A stretch of DNA of 64,000 nucleotides, from assembly GCA_034530615.2 (NCBI GenBank), contig JAVRCV020000015.1:64001-128000 (forward strand). Direction: 5' to 3'. This DNA comes from Aulosira sp. ZfuVER01 (GTDB taxonomy: Bacteria; Cyanobacteriota; Cyanobacteriia; Cyanobacteriales; Nostocaceae). The notes beneath the pieces are model-generated. The model was given only the letters and a program-made list of their open reading frames with translations. It was not told the DNA's origin and did not search any database. Made by a program: the position numbers and the translations under genes. This document shows positions 20,997 to 30,959 of the stretch, piece after piece (within the stretch, counting starts at the first letter, position 1; each line of letters opens with the position of its first letter).

Positions 20997-21953
20997 CTAA
21001 ACGTTTGCTTTATGGTCACAACTGCTAGTCAAAGCGATCGCTACCAATTGTGCTGATAAGTGAATTAGCTTTAATTCATCTTCTCGCAAAGTGTGAGGTT
21101 GTTTCCACTGTAGAGATAAAACTCCCATAACTTTGTTACGGTAGGCAATTGGAATAATTAAGTGTGCTTGGACACCAGACTGCTGGTAGTGAGCAACACC
21201 AGCTAATTTTTGCTCTTTAGATACATTTAACGATAATTGCAGTTGACCAGTAGCGATCGCCTCACTCACGAGTGGGTCTTGTGCTAGCCAGTTTTCTACA
21301 TTACCGCCGTAACTGTAAGATCCCTGAGTTTTAATCAGAGTATCACCCTCAAGTAGTTGCAGAATACAGTTATCAGCCCCAAAACTTTGGCTAAATGCAG
21401 TAGCTATTGGTATCAAAGTTTCTTCTAAACTATTAGCTGCCTGTGTTACCTCTACTAAAACAGTCAGTAGTGCCATTTGAGCGTTAGCACAGCGCAATTC
21501 TTCGGTGCGTTGCTTTAGCAAGTCGTAAGTTTCTGCTGCCCTTTGGACTACAGCCTTTAGTTCGCCTGGGTCCCAAGGTTTGGTGATGTATTTGTAAACT
21601 TGCCCAGCATTAATTGCTTCCACCAAGTCTTCAATATCTGTAAAGCCAGTCAGAATTATCCTGACTGTATCTGGAAATTGCGGTACAGTCTTGCTGAGAA
21701 ACTCAGTACCCTTCATTTCTGGCATCCGCTGATCGGAGATGATCACTGCCACTTCCCCTTCGGCTGCCAATATTTGCAGAGCGTTCATGCCGCTATCAGC
21801 TTTGAGTACATTAAAATCACGGCGAAAGGTACGATATAGCAGATCCAGATTATCTGGTTCATCATCAACGACAAGGATTTTGAGTTTTTTTGGTCTTTCT
21901 AAAGTCCGTAATTGGCGACGATCTGTATTAGTTTCCAGGCTGGCAGTATCCAT
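20997..21953 (-). CDS. Response regulator with C-terminal GAF domain
   Basis: ILVVDDEPDN, IISDQRMP, ILTG, YITKPW; GAF-like C-terminus (AHLIIPI...MGVLSLQ). Confidence 0.9.
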   Translation of the reverse strand: MDTASLETNTDRRQLRTLERPKKLKILVVDDEPDNLDLLYRTFRRDFNVLKADSGMNALQILAAEGEVAVIISDQRMPEMKGTEFLSKTVPQFPDTVRIILTGFTDIEDLVEAINAGQVYKYITKPWDPGELKAVVQRAAETYDLLKQRTEELRCANAQMALLTVLVEVTQAANSLEETLIPIATAFSQSFGADNCILQLLEGDTLIKTQGSYSYGGNVENWLAQDPLVSEAIATGQLQLSLNVSKEQKLAGVAHYQQSGVQAHLIIPIAYRNKVMGVLSLQWKQPHTLREDELKLIHLSAQLVAIALTSSCDHKANV

Positions 21954-22324
21954 AAAAGTTAAGTCCTTTAAATATTTACTATCTTGTTATATTCCATACC
22001 AAGTCTAGTCGATAATAAACTACCAGCCTTGCGAAAATTTGCGGATGTAGCGAAAGAGCAATTGCAGTAATGCTGAATAATTACGATTAGTAAATTTATA
22101 CCTGGATATCAGCCCCAGAGTTTCCGGCTTTTTTCCTATAAAATAAAATTTGCTGATGAAATATTAATTACCCCATAAAGTTTAGTACACCAGCAAGTAT
22201 AAAAATGGATATGGGGAATTGGGCAAAAAAGCAATAGGCAATAGTTATTTTTTCCTGCCCTACTCCCCCTGCTTCCTCATCCTCCTGCTCTCTGTTCCCC
22301 ATTTTCATAATTATTGAATTGCTT

Positions 22325-23410
22325 ATGACTGACCTACCACCTAACGCTCAAAATCCTAGTAACACTGATTCAGATACCGCCCAAGAATTGTTACGAAAGT
22401 TAAGACAAAAGCAAGGTAATTGGGTGGAATGGGGTCAAGCGATCGCCTATTTGCAAAAAGCTGGTTACAATCCCCAAGATATTTTTGAGGCAACTGGATT
22501 TGAGCCAATTCAGCAAAATCAGGTAGTTGTTGGTTCCCAAGTTTATAATTCTTTAGAAAAAGGTGGCGCATCAGAATCGACGCGATCGCATTACGCCACA
22601 CGCGGCAGTGATATTTTATATGAGTTACGCTTGCTCACCCATGAAGAACGCGCCGCCGCCGCTGACCTAACTTTCCAGCACAAACTTGACATGGATGAAG
22701 CGCGGGAAATAGCCAAAGCTATTAAAGAGTTCTCCCGTTTCCGCAACTTGCCAGAAGGATTTTCTAGCCATCCGGGAGATGCTGTTGCCTATGGTTCCTG
22801 GAAACTGGCACGCCAAAACACAGATTTACAAGAGCGATCGCGCCTGATTGCGAAAGGCTTACGGTTTGCCCATACGCAAACTGCTAGAAAACAAATAGAA
22901 CAGTTACTTACAGATTTTACGGTTGTACCTAAGCGTCCGGCCCCACTGTTACCCTTTTACCGCCTGGAGTCTGAAGAAGAGTTACCTAGAATTGTAGCTG
23001 TAGTTGGTGAGTTGCCATTGACACCAAACGACTTAAAAGCGGTGCCTTTAGTGACAGAAATTCAGCCATTTCGCATGGTCAAATTTGCTGGCGAGCAAGC
23101 TTGGATACCATTACCAGGTTGGCAAGTGCTATTGAGTGCCGAAGACCCAGTGGTGATTTTAGCTGAGAGCGATCGCCTGCCCAATCAAATCCAGAATCAG
23201 CCCGGAAAAGTGCTGCTAGTCGTAGATCGCGCCCAACGGCAATGGGATGTCTCTAGTTACTTTATAGTAGAGAGTTCTGGAGAATTAGATATTCAGTGGT
23301 TTGAAACTGAACCGGAAATTCCTCTATTAGGAAAGATTATTATCATCTTGCGTCCTAAGAAAATCCTTGATGAAGAATTCACCAAGGATTCCTGGCAGAT
23401 TGACGAATAG
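22325..23410 (+). CDS. raf1: RuBisCO accumulation factor 1
   Basis: LRQKQGNWVEWG, IFEATGFEPIQQNQVVVGSQVY, LPGWQ, LRPKKILDE, C-terminal WQIDE. Confidence 0.93.
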   Translation: MTDLPPNAQNPSNTDSDTAQELLRKLRQKQGNWVEWGQAIAYLQKAGYNPQDIFEATGFEPIQQNQVVVGSQVYNSLEKGGASESTRSHYATRGSDILYELRLLTHEERAAAADLTFQHKLDMDEAREIAKAIKEFSRFRNLPEGFSSHPGDAVAYGSWKLARQNTDLQERSRLIAKGLRFAHTQTARKQIEQLLTDFTVVPKRPAPLLPFYRLESEEELPRIVAVVGELPLTPNDLKAVPLVTEIQPFRMVKFAGEQAWIPLPGWQVLLSAEDPVVILAESDRLPNQIQNQPGKVLLVVDRAQRQWDVSSYFIVESSGELDIQWFETEPEIPLLGKIIIILRPKKILDEEFTKDSWQIDE

Positions 23411-23544
23411 AGACCCTAACATTCATCCAAATACACTGCATCCAGTAGTTAAGCTTCCAGCAGCATAGAGCCTCTTGTAAACTCAAACAGTAGTCAATCT
23501 CTTAACTTCTGTAATAAAAGCACTTTATGGGAGGATGATCGGTA

Positions 23545-25158
23545 ATGGAATGGATTTTAGCTCAACAAACCCCTTTAGATAGCAATTCTGCTGTAGATAG
23601 CCAAACGGCAGGAACCATTCCTGAACTGGTCATCATTTTGATTATTTTGCTACTGATTGCAACTGCTGTTGCATTGATAACTCAGCGGCTAAAAATTCCT
23701 TATGTAACAGGATTGGTACTGGCAGGATTACCCATTACAGAACTTTGGTCGCGTCGGATTGGCTTAGATCCGTCCTTAGTGTTAAACCTTTTTCTGCCAA
23801 TTCTGATTTTTGAAGCAGCGATCAATACGGATATCAGTCGTCTTCGCAGTACTTTTAAGCCGATCGCTCTTTTAGCAGGCCCCGGCTCTATTTTTTCTTC
23901 AGCAATTATTGCCGTTCTGATTAAATTTGGGCTGAGATTAGATTGGATTCCGGCTCTGCTGCTCGGTGTGATTTTGGCAAACACGGATACTGTCTCAATG
24001 ATCGCGGTTTTTAAGGAGATCCGCGTGCCTTCTCGATTGTCCACAATTGTTGAGGGAGAAACCCTGTTTAACGATGCGGCTGCCTTAATTTCCTTCAATT
24101 TGCTTTTGGTCATTTATGCAACAGGCTCTCTCACTGCTGTACAAGGTGTGAAGGAACTGCTTCTGGTTGCCTTAGGTGGGGGACTTGTAGGGGCTATTTT
24201 AGGCTACTTAAGTTTGCCAATATTTGTTCGCTTAAACGATCCGTTAAGTAGCCTTTTGCTAACCGTTGCTCTAGCATTGGGAACCTTTCAAATTGGGCAA
24301 TTTTTGGGCGTATCAGGTGCAGTGGCTGTGGTGATCGCTGGATTGATTTTTGGCAATCTAGGGCTACCGCAGAGTTCCTCTGCCTCAGATAGAATTACTC
24401 TGTTAAGTTTCTGGGAATACGCTGGTTTTAGCGTTAATACGTTTATTTTCCTGTTGATTGGGATTGAAATTAACCCAGTAACGCTGTGGAGAAATTTGCC
24501 ATCCATCTTGTTTGTCATTCTGGCGTATCAGTTAGGACGGATTCTCTCGGTTTATTTATTATTAGCAGGACTGCGCTGGTTCGATCGCCCAATTCCGCTA
24601 CGCTGGCAGCACGTTTTGGTTTTAGGGAATATTAAAGGTTCGCTCTCAATGGCGTTAGCAGTTGCTATTCCCTTATCGCTAACGGGACGGGACTTTCTCA
24701 TCGAACTGGTGTTTGGTTCCGTTTTATTTTCTTTAGTGATACAAGGATTAGCTTTACCCGGGCTGATCAAACGGCTCAACATCAGCCGTGTTTCCGAGAC
24801 AATTCAAGAAACTGGTCAGTTGCAGATTCAATTAATTGCGGCTAAAGCTGCTCAGGATGAGTTAGATACTCTGTTGAAATCAGGCGTGTTACCCAAAGCA
24901 GTGTATGAGGAACTATGGGCATCCTATCAAGCGCGGGTAGCAAAGTCGGAACGGGTGCTGCGCGATCTCTACAATCAATATCGGGCAGGTAAACTAGGAG
25001 GCGATCGCAGTGGGCTAGATACGATTCGACGGCGATTGCTGCTAGCAGAAAAGGTTGCCGTTAGCGATGCCCTGCGTAAACGAATTGTGCCAGAAGATCT
25101 GGTGCAGCCCTACATCAAAGATTTGGATGAGAGACTTCTATCGTTGGAAGATGACTAG
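23545..25158 (+). CDS. CPA1 Na+/H+ antiporter
   Basis: LFLPILIFEAA, ANTDTVSMIAVFK, IVEGETLFNDAAA, FWEYAGF, GNIKGSLSMALA. Confidence 0.92.
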   Translation: MEWILAQQTPLDSNSAVDSQTAGTIPELVIILIILLLIATAVALITQRLKIPYVTGLVLAGLPITELWSRRIGLDPSLVLNLFLPILIFEAAINTDISRLRSTFKPIALLAGPGSIFSSAIIAVLIKFGLRLDWIPALLLGVILANTDTVSMIAVFKEIRVPSRLSTIVEGETLFNDAAALISFNLLLVIYATGSLTAVQGVKELLLVALGGGLVGAILGYLSLPIFVRLNDPLSSLLLTVALALGTFQIGQFLGVSGAVAVVIAGLIFGNLGLPQSSSASDRITLLSFWEYAGFSVNTFIFLLIGIEINPVTLWRNLPSILFVILAYQLGRILSVYLLLAGLRWFDRPIPLRWQHVLVLGNIKGSLSMALAVAIPLSLTGRDFLIELVFGSVLFSLVIQGLALPGLIKRLNISRVSETIQETGQLQIQLIAAKAAQDELDTLLKSGVLPKAVYEELWASYQARVAKSERVLRDLYNQYRAGKLGGDRSGLDTIRRRLLLAEKVAVSDALRKRIVPEDLVQPYIKDLDERLLSLEDD

Positions 25159-25831
25159 CTTGAATGCCAAGGTAATCAATCATTTGATGGACTAATTCTG
25201 AGCGAGTCACAACCAGGATAGTCGAGTCTGCTTCCAGAACAGTCTTGCCGTTGGGAATCTCTAGATTGGCGCAAGCATGACATTGGTAGCCAATAATTAG
25301 CGAACCCTTAGGAAAGCGTGGGTCTTGCGCAATTTGGGCAACAGTGCGGCCTGCTACATAGCAATTGCCAGGAACGGGTAACTTTAATACCTCTACTTGG
25401 CCTTGCTCAAAGTGCATCATCGACTCGACTTCAGGATATTCAATCGCATTCGCCATAGTTGCAACTGCCAAATCAATCGTGCTGATGACGTGACTTGCTC
25501 CAGCCAAGCGATAGGCTTCCAGAAATTCGCGATCGCGCATCCGTACCACAATATGAGAAATGCCATAGCTCCTAGACAACACAATCAGCGATAAATTCAA
25601 TGCATCATCTCTGAGTGCAGCAACTACCGCATTTGCTTGTTTAATTCCAGCTTCCAAAAGTACCGTAGTGTTAACGGCACTGCCCTCAAATGCCATTACC
25701 CCAATTTTTTCACGAGCAAAGCGACAGGCAAGCGGATCTAAATCGATGATGGCAACTGTGTGACCTAAGTTCAATAACTGCTGGGCTAATCCCAGCCCCA
25801 TCATTCCGGCTCCACCAATTACTACATACAT
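25115..25831 (-). CDS. TrkA/RCK family NAD-binding regulatory protein
   Basis: VVIGGAGMMG Rossmann motif, LLEAGI..A..VVAAL.DD..N, TrkA_C region. Convergent 44-bp overlap with the antiporter. Confidence 0.88.
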   Translation of the reverse strand: MYVVIGGAGMMGLGLAQQLLNLGHTVAIIDLDPLACRFAREKIGVMAFEGSAVNTTVLLEAGIKQANAVVAALRDDALNLSLIVLSRSYGISHIVVRMRDREFLEAYRLAGASHVISTIDLAVATMANAIEYPEVESMMHFEQGQVEVLKLPVPGNCYVAGRTVAQIAQDPRFPKGSLIIGYQCHACANLEIPNGKTVLEADSTILVVTRSELVHQMIDYLGIQASHLPTIEVSHPNL

Positions 25832-26053
25832 GATTGACTGCGATCCAAAGAATTCATGTTATCCCAATTTGAAAACAGAATGTGACAGATGAGTGAAGGA
25901 CAATATTCCTAAAAAACGTAAAACATCTGAGTCTTAATTTGCCAACAATGGAATCTTGATGTTTCAATTTGTCATCATAGAGCTATTGCCTGATTAATTT
26001 GTGACCTGCGGTTTTGCAATTAAATTCAAAATCTCGAATCCAAAATTTTATTA

Positions 26054-28522
26054 ATGTCAGACACTAATTTTATTGATAAAGTGACGCAAGAATCTCTATT
26101 CTCAGAATTATCTGATAAATCACCTGTTTCTACCCTACGGGAAGAAGCGATCGCCCGCATTCGCAATAGCCTGCGCCCCGGACAACAGCAAATGGCTGAC
26201 TGGTATGCTGGCCCTTTGGCTGTATCTGCTGTACCTGGTGCTGGTAAATCTACGGGTATGGCAGCAGCAGCAGCGATCGCGATCGCACGTCAATATGAAC
26301 GTGCAGCCCAATCGCGTCTTTCTTCCCGCCGTCAGTTGGTAGTTGTTACCTTTACACGTTCCGCCGCCGCTAATATTAAAGCTAAAATCCGCAAATATTT
26401 ACGGGAAGATTTATCTTTACCCCAGACAGGCTTTGTCGTCTATACTTTGCATGGTCTAGCATTGAATATTGCCAGCCGTCATCCCGATCTATCTGGGTTG
26501 CAGTTAGAAAATGTCACATTAATTACACCTAATCAAAGCCATCGCTTTATCCGTACAGCCGTAGAGCAGTGGATTGCTAATAATCAAAGTACTTATTTAC
26601 GTTTACTAGAAGGTAGCCAATTTGACGGAGAAGAGACAGAAAGATTGCGCCGTCAATCAGTACTGCGAACAGAAGTCTTACCAGACTTAGCAACTACAGT
26701 GATTCATGAAGCCAAAAGTTCTGGACTATCACCAGAAGATTTACGAGAGTGGAATAAACAAACTACAGACCCATACGCAATTTTAAGCGTAGCCGCAGGG
26801 TTGTATGAGCAATATCAAAAATTAATGCGATCGCGCGACTTCATCGACTACGACGACATGATATTAGCGGCTTTGCGGGTGCTAGATAACGACAGCGCTC
26901 GCCGGATTGAGCAAAACCAAGTTTTCGCAGTCTTTGAAGACGAAGCCCAAGATTCTAGCCCGTTACAGACGAGATTGTTAGAGATTTTGGCGAGTGATTT
27001 AGGGGAAGACGTAGAGACACGGGGACGCGGAGACGCGGAGAAAGAAATCTCCGCGTTTCCCCATCTCTCCGTCTCCGCGTCTTCTTCATCTCCAATCAAT
27101 CTCGTCCGAGTAGGCGACCCCAACCAAGCAATTAACTCAACTTTTACACCAGCAGATCCGATTTATTTCCGGGAGTTTTGCCGAGAGTGCGATCGCCTGG
27201 GAAGATTGGCAACAATGGATCAAGCTGGGCGGAGTACGAGAATTATCATTGAAGCAGCTAATTTTGCCCTGGAATGGATTAATAGTTTTTACGGAGTCAA
27301 GATGCAACAATCATCTCATGACTCTATTGCTTCACTTCCCTTTCGTGACCAGAAAATTCGTCCTGTAGACACTGGCGACCCCCAGAAAGATGCTAACCCC
27401 GCAGCAGTAGGACAGGGATTGGAATTACACACTCCTCGTGATATTCATCACACCGTCGAATTACTTTCAAAGAGGGTAATTGAGTTATTTGCTGAAGATC
27501 CCACAAAAATTAGTGCAGCAGTGTTAGTGCGAGAAAATCGCCAAGGACGATGGCTAGCTGAGGCGCTAGAACCGATATGTAAAGAGCATCAAATTACACT
27601 TTACGATGTGGGAGAACGCGATCGCCGCTCCCATATCCCGCAAGAAATTTTAGCATTACTCCAATTTTGCGATCGCCCCCATTCACCTGACTACCTAAAA
27701 GCTGCGCTTGAAGTATTGGTAGAACGCCAGCTAATTCCCACCCAAGACCTCAACGCCTTAGCTAGTTTACCAGAAGAGTTTTTGTATCCAGGCCCCTTGG
27801 CAGCACCGCAAACTGAAACAGTCCAAAAAGCTGCACACTTGTGTCGTAGTCTACTCCGCGCTCGCTTGGAATTGCCAATTTACCAGTTAATTTCTTTTTT
27901 GGCTTTGGCTTTAAATTATGACCAAGCAGAACTAGCAACTGCTGACAAACTCGCAGAACGGGTAAACCAGCAAATAGCTGGTAATAGTTCGATGGGCACA
28001 ATGCTGTCAGCTTTGAGTGAAATTGTCAGTTCCGAACGGTTTGAAGCTGTAGAAACCGAAGATTTAGAAGCTCGTTACACCCGTAATGGTCAACTAACGA
28101 TAATTACCATGCACAAAGCCAAAGGGCTTGATTGGGACTACGTTTTTCTGCCTTTTCTCCACGAAAACTTAATTCCTGGTCGATTTTGGGTGCCACCTCA
28201 AAGCCAGTTTTTAGGCGACTTTACCTTATCTGAAGTGGCTCGTGCCCAAGTGCGTGCTGCTTTACACAATGAATCGCGCATCCCAGAAGTGTCTCAAGCT
28301 TGGGAGGTAGCAAAACACCTAAAAACTGCGGAAGAGTACCGTTTACTTTACGTGGCGATGACACGAGCCAAGCGCTTGTTGTGGATGTCTGCGGCGCAAA
28401 AAGCTCCTTTCACTTGGAGTAAACCAGAGAATTTACAAGAACAAGCGCCTTGCCCAGTGTTTCCCGCGTTAAAGCGCCAATTTCCTGAAAGTGTGGTTTC
28501 TTTAACTGCGGTGGTTCAATAA
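26054..28522 (+). CDS. UvrD/REP family ATP-dependent helicase
   Basis: AVPGAGKST, VTFTRSAA, EDEAQDS, VGDPNQAI, TMHKAKGLDWD, EEYRLLYVAMTRAK. Confidence 0.93.
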   Translation: MSDTNFIDKVTQESLFSELSDKSPVSTLREEAIARIRNSLRPGQQQMADWYAGPLAVSAVPGAGKSTGMAAAAAIAIARQYERAAQSRLSSRRQLVVVTFTRSAAANIKAKIRKYLREDLSLPQTGFVVYTLHGLALNIASRHPDLSGLQLENVTLITPNQSHRFIRTAVEQWIANNQSTYLRLLEGSQFDGEETERLRRQSVLRTEVLPDLATTVIHEAKSSGLSPEDLREWNKQTTDPYAILSVAAGLYEQYQKLMRSRDFIDYDDMILAALRVLDNDSARRIEQNQVFAVFEDEAQDSSPLQTRLLEILASDLGEDVETRGRGDAEKEISAFPHLSVSASSSSPINLVRVGDPNQAINSTFTPADPIYFREFCRECDRLGRLATMDQAGRSTRIIIEAANFALEWINSFYGVKMQQSSHDSIASLPFRDQKIRPVDTGDPQKDANPAAVGQGLELHTPRDIHHTVELLSKRVIELFAEDPTKISAAVLVRENRQGRWLAEALEPICKEHQITLYDVGERDRRSHIPQEILALLQFCDRPHSPDYLKAALEVLVERQLIPTQDLNALASLPEEFLYPGPLAAPQTETVQKAAHLCRSLLRARLELPIYQLISFLALALNYDQAELATADKLAERVNQQIAGNSSMGTMLSALSEIVSSERFEAVETEDLEARYTRNGQLTIITMHKAKGLDWDYVFLPFLHENLIPGRFWVPPQSQFLGDFTLSEVARAQVRAALHNESRIPEVSQAWEVAKHLKTAEEYRLLYVAMTRAKRLLWMSAAQKAPFTWSKPENLQEQAPCPVFPALKRQFPESVVSLTAVVQ

Positions 28523-28649
28523 GTTTTGTTGAGAGTAAAAATATATAGCAATCTGATTTGTGTTCTGAAGTTAATTGCGTAAGGAAGAGCAGCATTCTAA
28601 ATGTTGAATTTTATTTTTAAACGCAGAGGAGCGCAAAGGTTCACGCAGC

Positions 28650-28693
28650 GAAAAGTTCCTCGAAGCCGGGTTTCCCGGCGTAGGAAACTTTTC
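28650..28693. repeat. Small dispersed palindromic repeat (SDR-like)
   Basis: GAAAAGTTCC..GCCGGGtttCCCGGC..GGAAACTTTTC inside an ACGCAGAGG-type short repeat. Confidence 0.6.
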
Positions 28694-28757
28694 AAGACAG
28701 AGGGTCGCAGAGGTTTCATCATTCTGAGTAGTTTTTTAGTGGTGTGACCAAAATCTA

Positions 28758-29531
28758 TTACCTAGAGCTATTTACAAACTGTTTCCCACAGTCTTTACAG
28801 CGATAGCACTGCTTTCCTCTGCGATACCCGTTTTTAGATAATTGCGGTGATTGACAACGAGGACATTTCATTACTTTCATTACATTGCTCAACGGCCTGT
28901 CTCCCAGATGCGGCTCTAAATATGACACTAGCAAGTCCTCAATCTGCTGAATTAGTCGTTGCTTGTGTTGCTCATCTGTGGTGCGAAGTGCCGACAACAT
29001 TACAGCGTTGCTGCTATGAACACAAACCTCTGCCAATAAACTGCACTGCGCCTCACCCAATGCTGGGTTTTGCTGTTTCAAAATACTCGCCATAAAGTTA
29101 ATCGCTTCTTGAGTCATGCTGTCATCGATTGACTGAAAAATCTGGCGAGATAGAAAAAACTGCACAAACACCACCCGTGACACTGGCTGTTCAAATAAAT
29201 GTGCGAAAGCAGTTGCCAATGCATGAATCATTTGGCGGAGTGGTAACTGAGCAATCTGTAGCTTATCTACCTGTGCCCACATGAGCTTTACCTGTTCGGC
29301 ATGGCGCAGCTCCATTGCATGAAAAATAGCGGCTTTATCGGGAAAGAACTGGTACAAAGAGCCAATTGCTGTCTGTGCTTTTGCTGCAATTAGATGGGTA
29401 GTTGCAGCTTCATAGCCCACTTCGTCAAACACTGCTGCCGCTGCATCCAAGATTTTTTTAACCCGTTCTTTACCTCGCTGCTGTTTAGGTTGACGGCGGA
29501 AACTTCTTGACGAATGTGAATATTCTGTCAT
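28758..29531 (-). CDS. TetR family regulator with C-terminal IS1 InsA-like zinc ribbon
   Basis: N-terminal HTH (ILDAAAAVF.EVGY...TT..IA..A....GSLYQFFPDK). C-terminal MKCPRCQS...KNG...GKQCYRCKDCGKQF. Confidence 0.88.
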   Translation of the reverse strand: MTEYSHSSRSFRRQPKQQRGKERVKKILDAAAAVFDEVGYEAATTHLIAAKAQTAIGSLYQFFPDKAAIFHAMELRHAEQVKLMWAQVDKLQIAQLPLRQMIHALATAFAHLFEQPVSRVVFVQFFLSRQIFQSIDDSMTQEAINFMASILKQQNPALGEAQCSLLAEVCVHSSNAVMLSALRTTDEQHKQRLIQQIEDLLVSYLEPHLGDRPLSNVMKVMKCPRCQSPQLSKNGYRRGKQCYRCKDCGKQFVNSSR

Positions 29532-29559
29532 ATTTTAGAAACACGACGGATTTCTCACA
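29515..29559. promoter_or_regulatory. Candidate TetR operator pair in the divergent promoter
   Basis: TGTGAatattCtGTCaT (29515-29531) and an inverted copy TGTGAgaaatCcGTCgT (29543-29559, minus strand). Confidence 0.4.
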
Positions 29560-29580
29560 ATTTTATATCTAGGATCGAAC

Positions 29581-30600
29581 ATGATGCAGTCTATGCTTCC
29601 TGGTGCGCCTTGGTTATTGGCGCACAAATCGATGCTGGCAGTCAACCAACCTCGCAAAGTTTCCTTGTATGGGGTTGACTATGTAATGTGGAAAGATGCT
29701 GCTGGAGCTATATCTGCTTTACCCAATGCCTGTCCACACATGGGTGCAATGCTATCGGAAGGGTGGTGCGAAGTAAACAGCGATCGCTTTGCCAACACCT
29801 ACGGTGAACGCACAAGTAGCGTGGTTTGCCCGTTTCATGCCCTCCAGTTTGATTCCGAAGGCTGTACAGTTTTACCAGGTTCTGGCAAGAAAACCTTACC
29901 TCAACTGAAACCTCTAGAGTTAACGATCCAAGGCGATTTTATTTGGTCTTATGGGGGATACGAAGCTAAAGTGCCAATTCCCAACGTACTGAATGAGATT
30001 GCCCAAAATTACTACTTTGTCGGGCATACAGCAGATAGAAGTGTAGAGACAGATTTGCTGAGTATGCTGCTGAATATGCATGACTACAATCATCAAAACG
30101 GCACTCATCGGGAATTATTTCGGATTACCGATGTGGAATTTCATCAATTTATTGATAACGGTCATAATTCTCATGCGTTTTATAATATGCCTACAGCGCC
30201 TTACAGCTTGGTAGAAAAGCTGAGGAAACCGGATTTATTGGTACTGCCCAGCACTATTAAAGCGCACCTAGAAAATCACTTCCCATCCCTGGTGATTTTT
30301 CATGGAGAAATGCCATTAGGTAAAGCAGCCCAGTGTCATGTGTTTGTCCCAGAAGCCTTAAATCGGACACGAACTTACATTTTGCTATTTGCCCAAGCCA
30401 AGCATCCTGTCTTTAAGTTATTTGGCAATACGTATCTCAAGTTTGGCAAAGTCGTAGTGGATCAAGATGCAGATATTCTCTCAAAGATTTATCCAGATAC
30501 ACCTCAGAAAATTAAACTCAACAATGAAGTAGGTATGGACTGGGTACGGCGCAATTTTGAGAACTTCCCCAATGTTGTGGAACCTAATTTATCAAAGTAG
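29581..30600 (+). CDS. Rieske [2Fe-2S] non-heme iron oxygenase
   Basis: CPHMGA...CPFHA Rieske motif; mononuclear Fe motif NMHDYNHQNGTH; QDADI. Confidence 0.9.
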   Translation: MMQSMLPGAPWLLAHKSMLAVNQPRKVSLYGVDYVMWKDAAGAISALPNACPHMGAMLSEGWCEVNSDRFANTYGERTSSVVCPFHALQFDSEGCTVLPGSGKKTLPQLKPLELTIQGDFIWSYGGYEAKVPIPNVLNEIAQNYYFVGHTADRSVETDLLSMLLNMHDYNHQNGTHRELFRITDVEFHQFIDNGHNSHAFYNMPTAPYSLVEKLRKPDLLVLPSTIKAHLENHFPSLVIFHGEMPLGKAAQCHVFVPEALNRTRTYILLFAQAKHPVFKLFGNTYLKFGKVVVDQDADILSKIYPDTPQKIKLNNEVGMDWVRRNFENFPNVVEPNLSK

Positions 30601-30697
30601 TGGTCTATTAGATTAATGATTTCGTATTCAGGAATGTAATCTTGGATTGTGCAGTACTAAAGTGCTTACTACGATTGCATTAACATTTGTCTCTACT

Positions 30698-30744
30698 ATC
30701 AGTTTCTGAGAAATTAAGGTAAAATGAATTTCTCAGAAACTGAT
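30698..30744. terminator. 18-bp stem hairpin after the Rieske gene
   Basis: ATCAGTTTCTGAGAAATT-11 nt-AATTTCTCAGAAACTGAT. Confidence 0.55.
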
Positions 30745-30959
30745 GAAAAAGTACAACGTCAAATCAAATATCCTCTTTTGGGAGAACTGATAGCAATTAA
30801 CCATTAAGTTGCACTTAACATTTAGTAAACTAAAATGCGTTACTGCCCCCCGCAGGGTATGACGTTAAATAAGAAAAATCAATCATTATTTTAAGTGTAA
30901 ATTTCGGAGAATTGGTATTAGTAGTTAGGTTAGATATTCAATTCTCAAGGAATAAGAGC

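Noticed and set aside
25115..25158. 44-bp convergent overlap of antiporter and TrkA genes
   Set aside because: Short tail-to-tail overlaps are common; no further signal seen.
28758..28871. IS1 element
   Set aside because: Only the zinc ribbon is present, fused to TetR; no InsB/DDE domain or terminal inverted repeats seen.
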